Part shown: positions 62,243-62,843 of the stretch, piece by piece
How positions within the stretch are numbered: the stretch's first letter is position 1
Layout of the letters: every line of letters starts with the position of its first letter
IMG/VR virus record: IMGVR_UViG_3300021963_000042
Span: 64,001 to 126,843 of that record
DNA: 62,843 nt
DNA from: a virus
Taxonomy: Duplodnaviria; Heunggongvirae; Uroviricota; Caudoviricetes
Direction: 5' to 3' (one strand)
The notes under the pieces: generated by a model
What the model saw: only the letters and a program-made list of their open reading frames with translations
Told to the model about the DNA's origin: nothing
The model's database searches: none
Program-made: the position numbers and the translations under genes

Positions 62243-62317
62243 TGGTACCTTGTGACGGGATCGAACCGCCGACCTTCTCCTTGTAAGGGAGACACTCTAC
62301 CGCTGAGTTAACAAGGC
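62243..62317 (-). tRNA. tRNA-Val(TAC)
   Basis: Loop CT-TAC-AA, A73, CCA. Confidence 0.9.
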
Positions 62318-62324
62318 AAATAAC

Positions 62325-62401
62325 TGGTGCCCACGCAGAGACTCGAACTCTGAAAATTTGGCTTCTAAGACCAACACGTATACCAATTCCGTCACATGGG
62401 C
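62325..62401 (-). tRNA. tRNA-Leu(TAG), short variable region
   Basis: Leu-type D arm (A15), A73, loop CT-TAG-AA, 5-nt variable loop. Confidence 0.85.
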
Positions 62402-62402
62402 G

Positions 62403-62843
62403 CAAAAACATTTTTGAGAGTACTGTTATGTGTTTAGTTGGCAGCTTTAAAATCCTGCCACCAGTACCTCAAGCATTTCAATCTATGATGGGTAGTCATA
62501 AATTCTCTCCGAATAAAGGACGCTTTTTTGTCTGGCGATTATCTTCCCTAACAGTTGGGATGCCCAATCTTTTGCTCACACTCTCAAAAATGCTTCCTCT
62601 CTGCGGTGGTAATTATAGCACATCAACATAGATTAATCCTTATTCCAACTCAACTAAGGTTGGGGATTCTATATATCACGCATGCCTTCCACCCACTTCC
62701 CGACCAGAAAGAACTGTCGTGTTGCCAACGCTGGTTAGGTAGACCCATGATTTTACTCATGCCCTATTCAAAGGGAGAACCATCCTACTGATCGTCAGTC
62801 AGTTTCTCTCGTGCGGATCACACTAGCAGTGATTAGCTGCGGG
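62403..62843 (-). ncRNA. Candidate large structured ncRNA in tRNA array (truncated by window edge)
   Basis: No credible ORF; 13-bp long-range stem 62409-21/62580-92 and many nested hairpins. Confidence 0.55.

Overview
A 62.8 kb piece of a T4-like (Tevenvirinae/Kyanoviridae-style) myophage genome, probably from a freshwater phage. The host is possibly a betaproteobacterium, inferred weakly from gene content. Bases 1-25.9 kb hold a baseplate/tail module: tail fibre, DUF4815/VrlC-like protein, gp8, gp7, gp6, gp25, PAAR, gp5, hub, gp53, gp48, gp4, gp2, gp54, a holin-like protein, gp16-like, gp26/gp51 and a tape-measure-like protein. Bases 25.9-35 kb hold gp32, gp59, gp33, ClpP, a SleB-like hydrolase, a circularly permuted (two-piece) tmRNA gene, an exonuclease, a GH19 endolysin, PhoH and a DenV-like protein. 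Bases 35-51.7 kb are a long minus-strand run of small early genes with sigma70-type promoters; they include a GGQ release-factor-like protein, an Acb1-like anti-CBASS nuclease and a dense GGGACTCC repeat array. Bases 51.7-62.8 kb hold an unusual enzyme cluster (2OG-Fe(II) oxygenases, methyltransferases, MaoC, nitroreductase, BKACE, SDR, acyl-CoA ligase) interleaved with 9 tRNAs, and end in a truncated, highly structured non-coding region. The strongest leads are the permuted tmRNA, a probable -1 frameshift fusing gp26 to gp51, the GGGACTCC array, the metabolic cluster and the candidate large ncRNA. All family assignments come from motif recognition by eye; no database searches were run.
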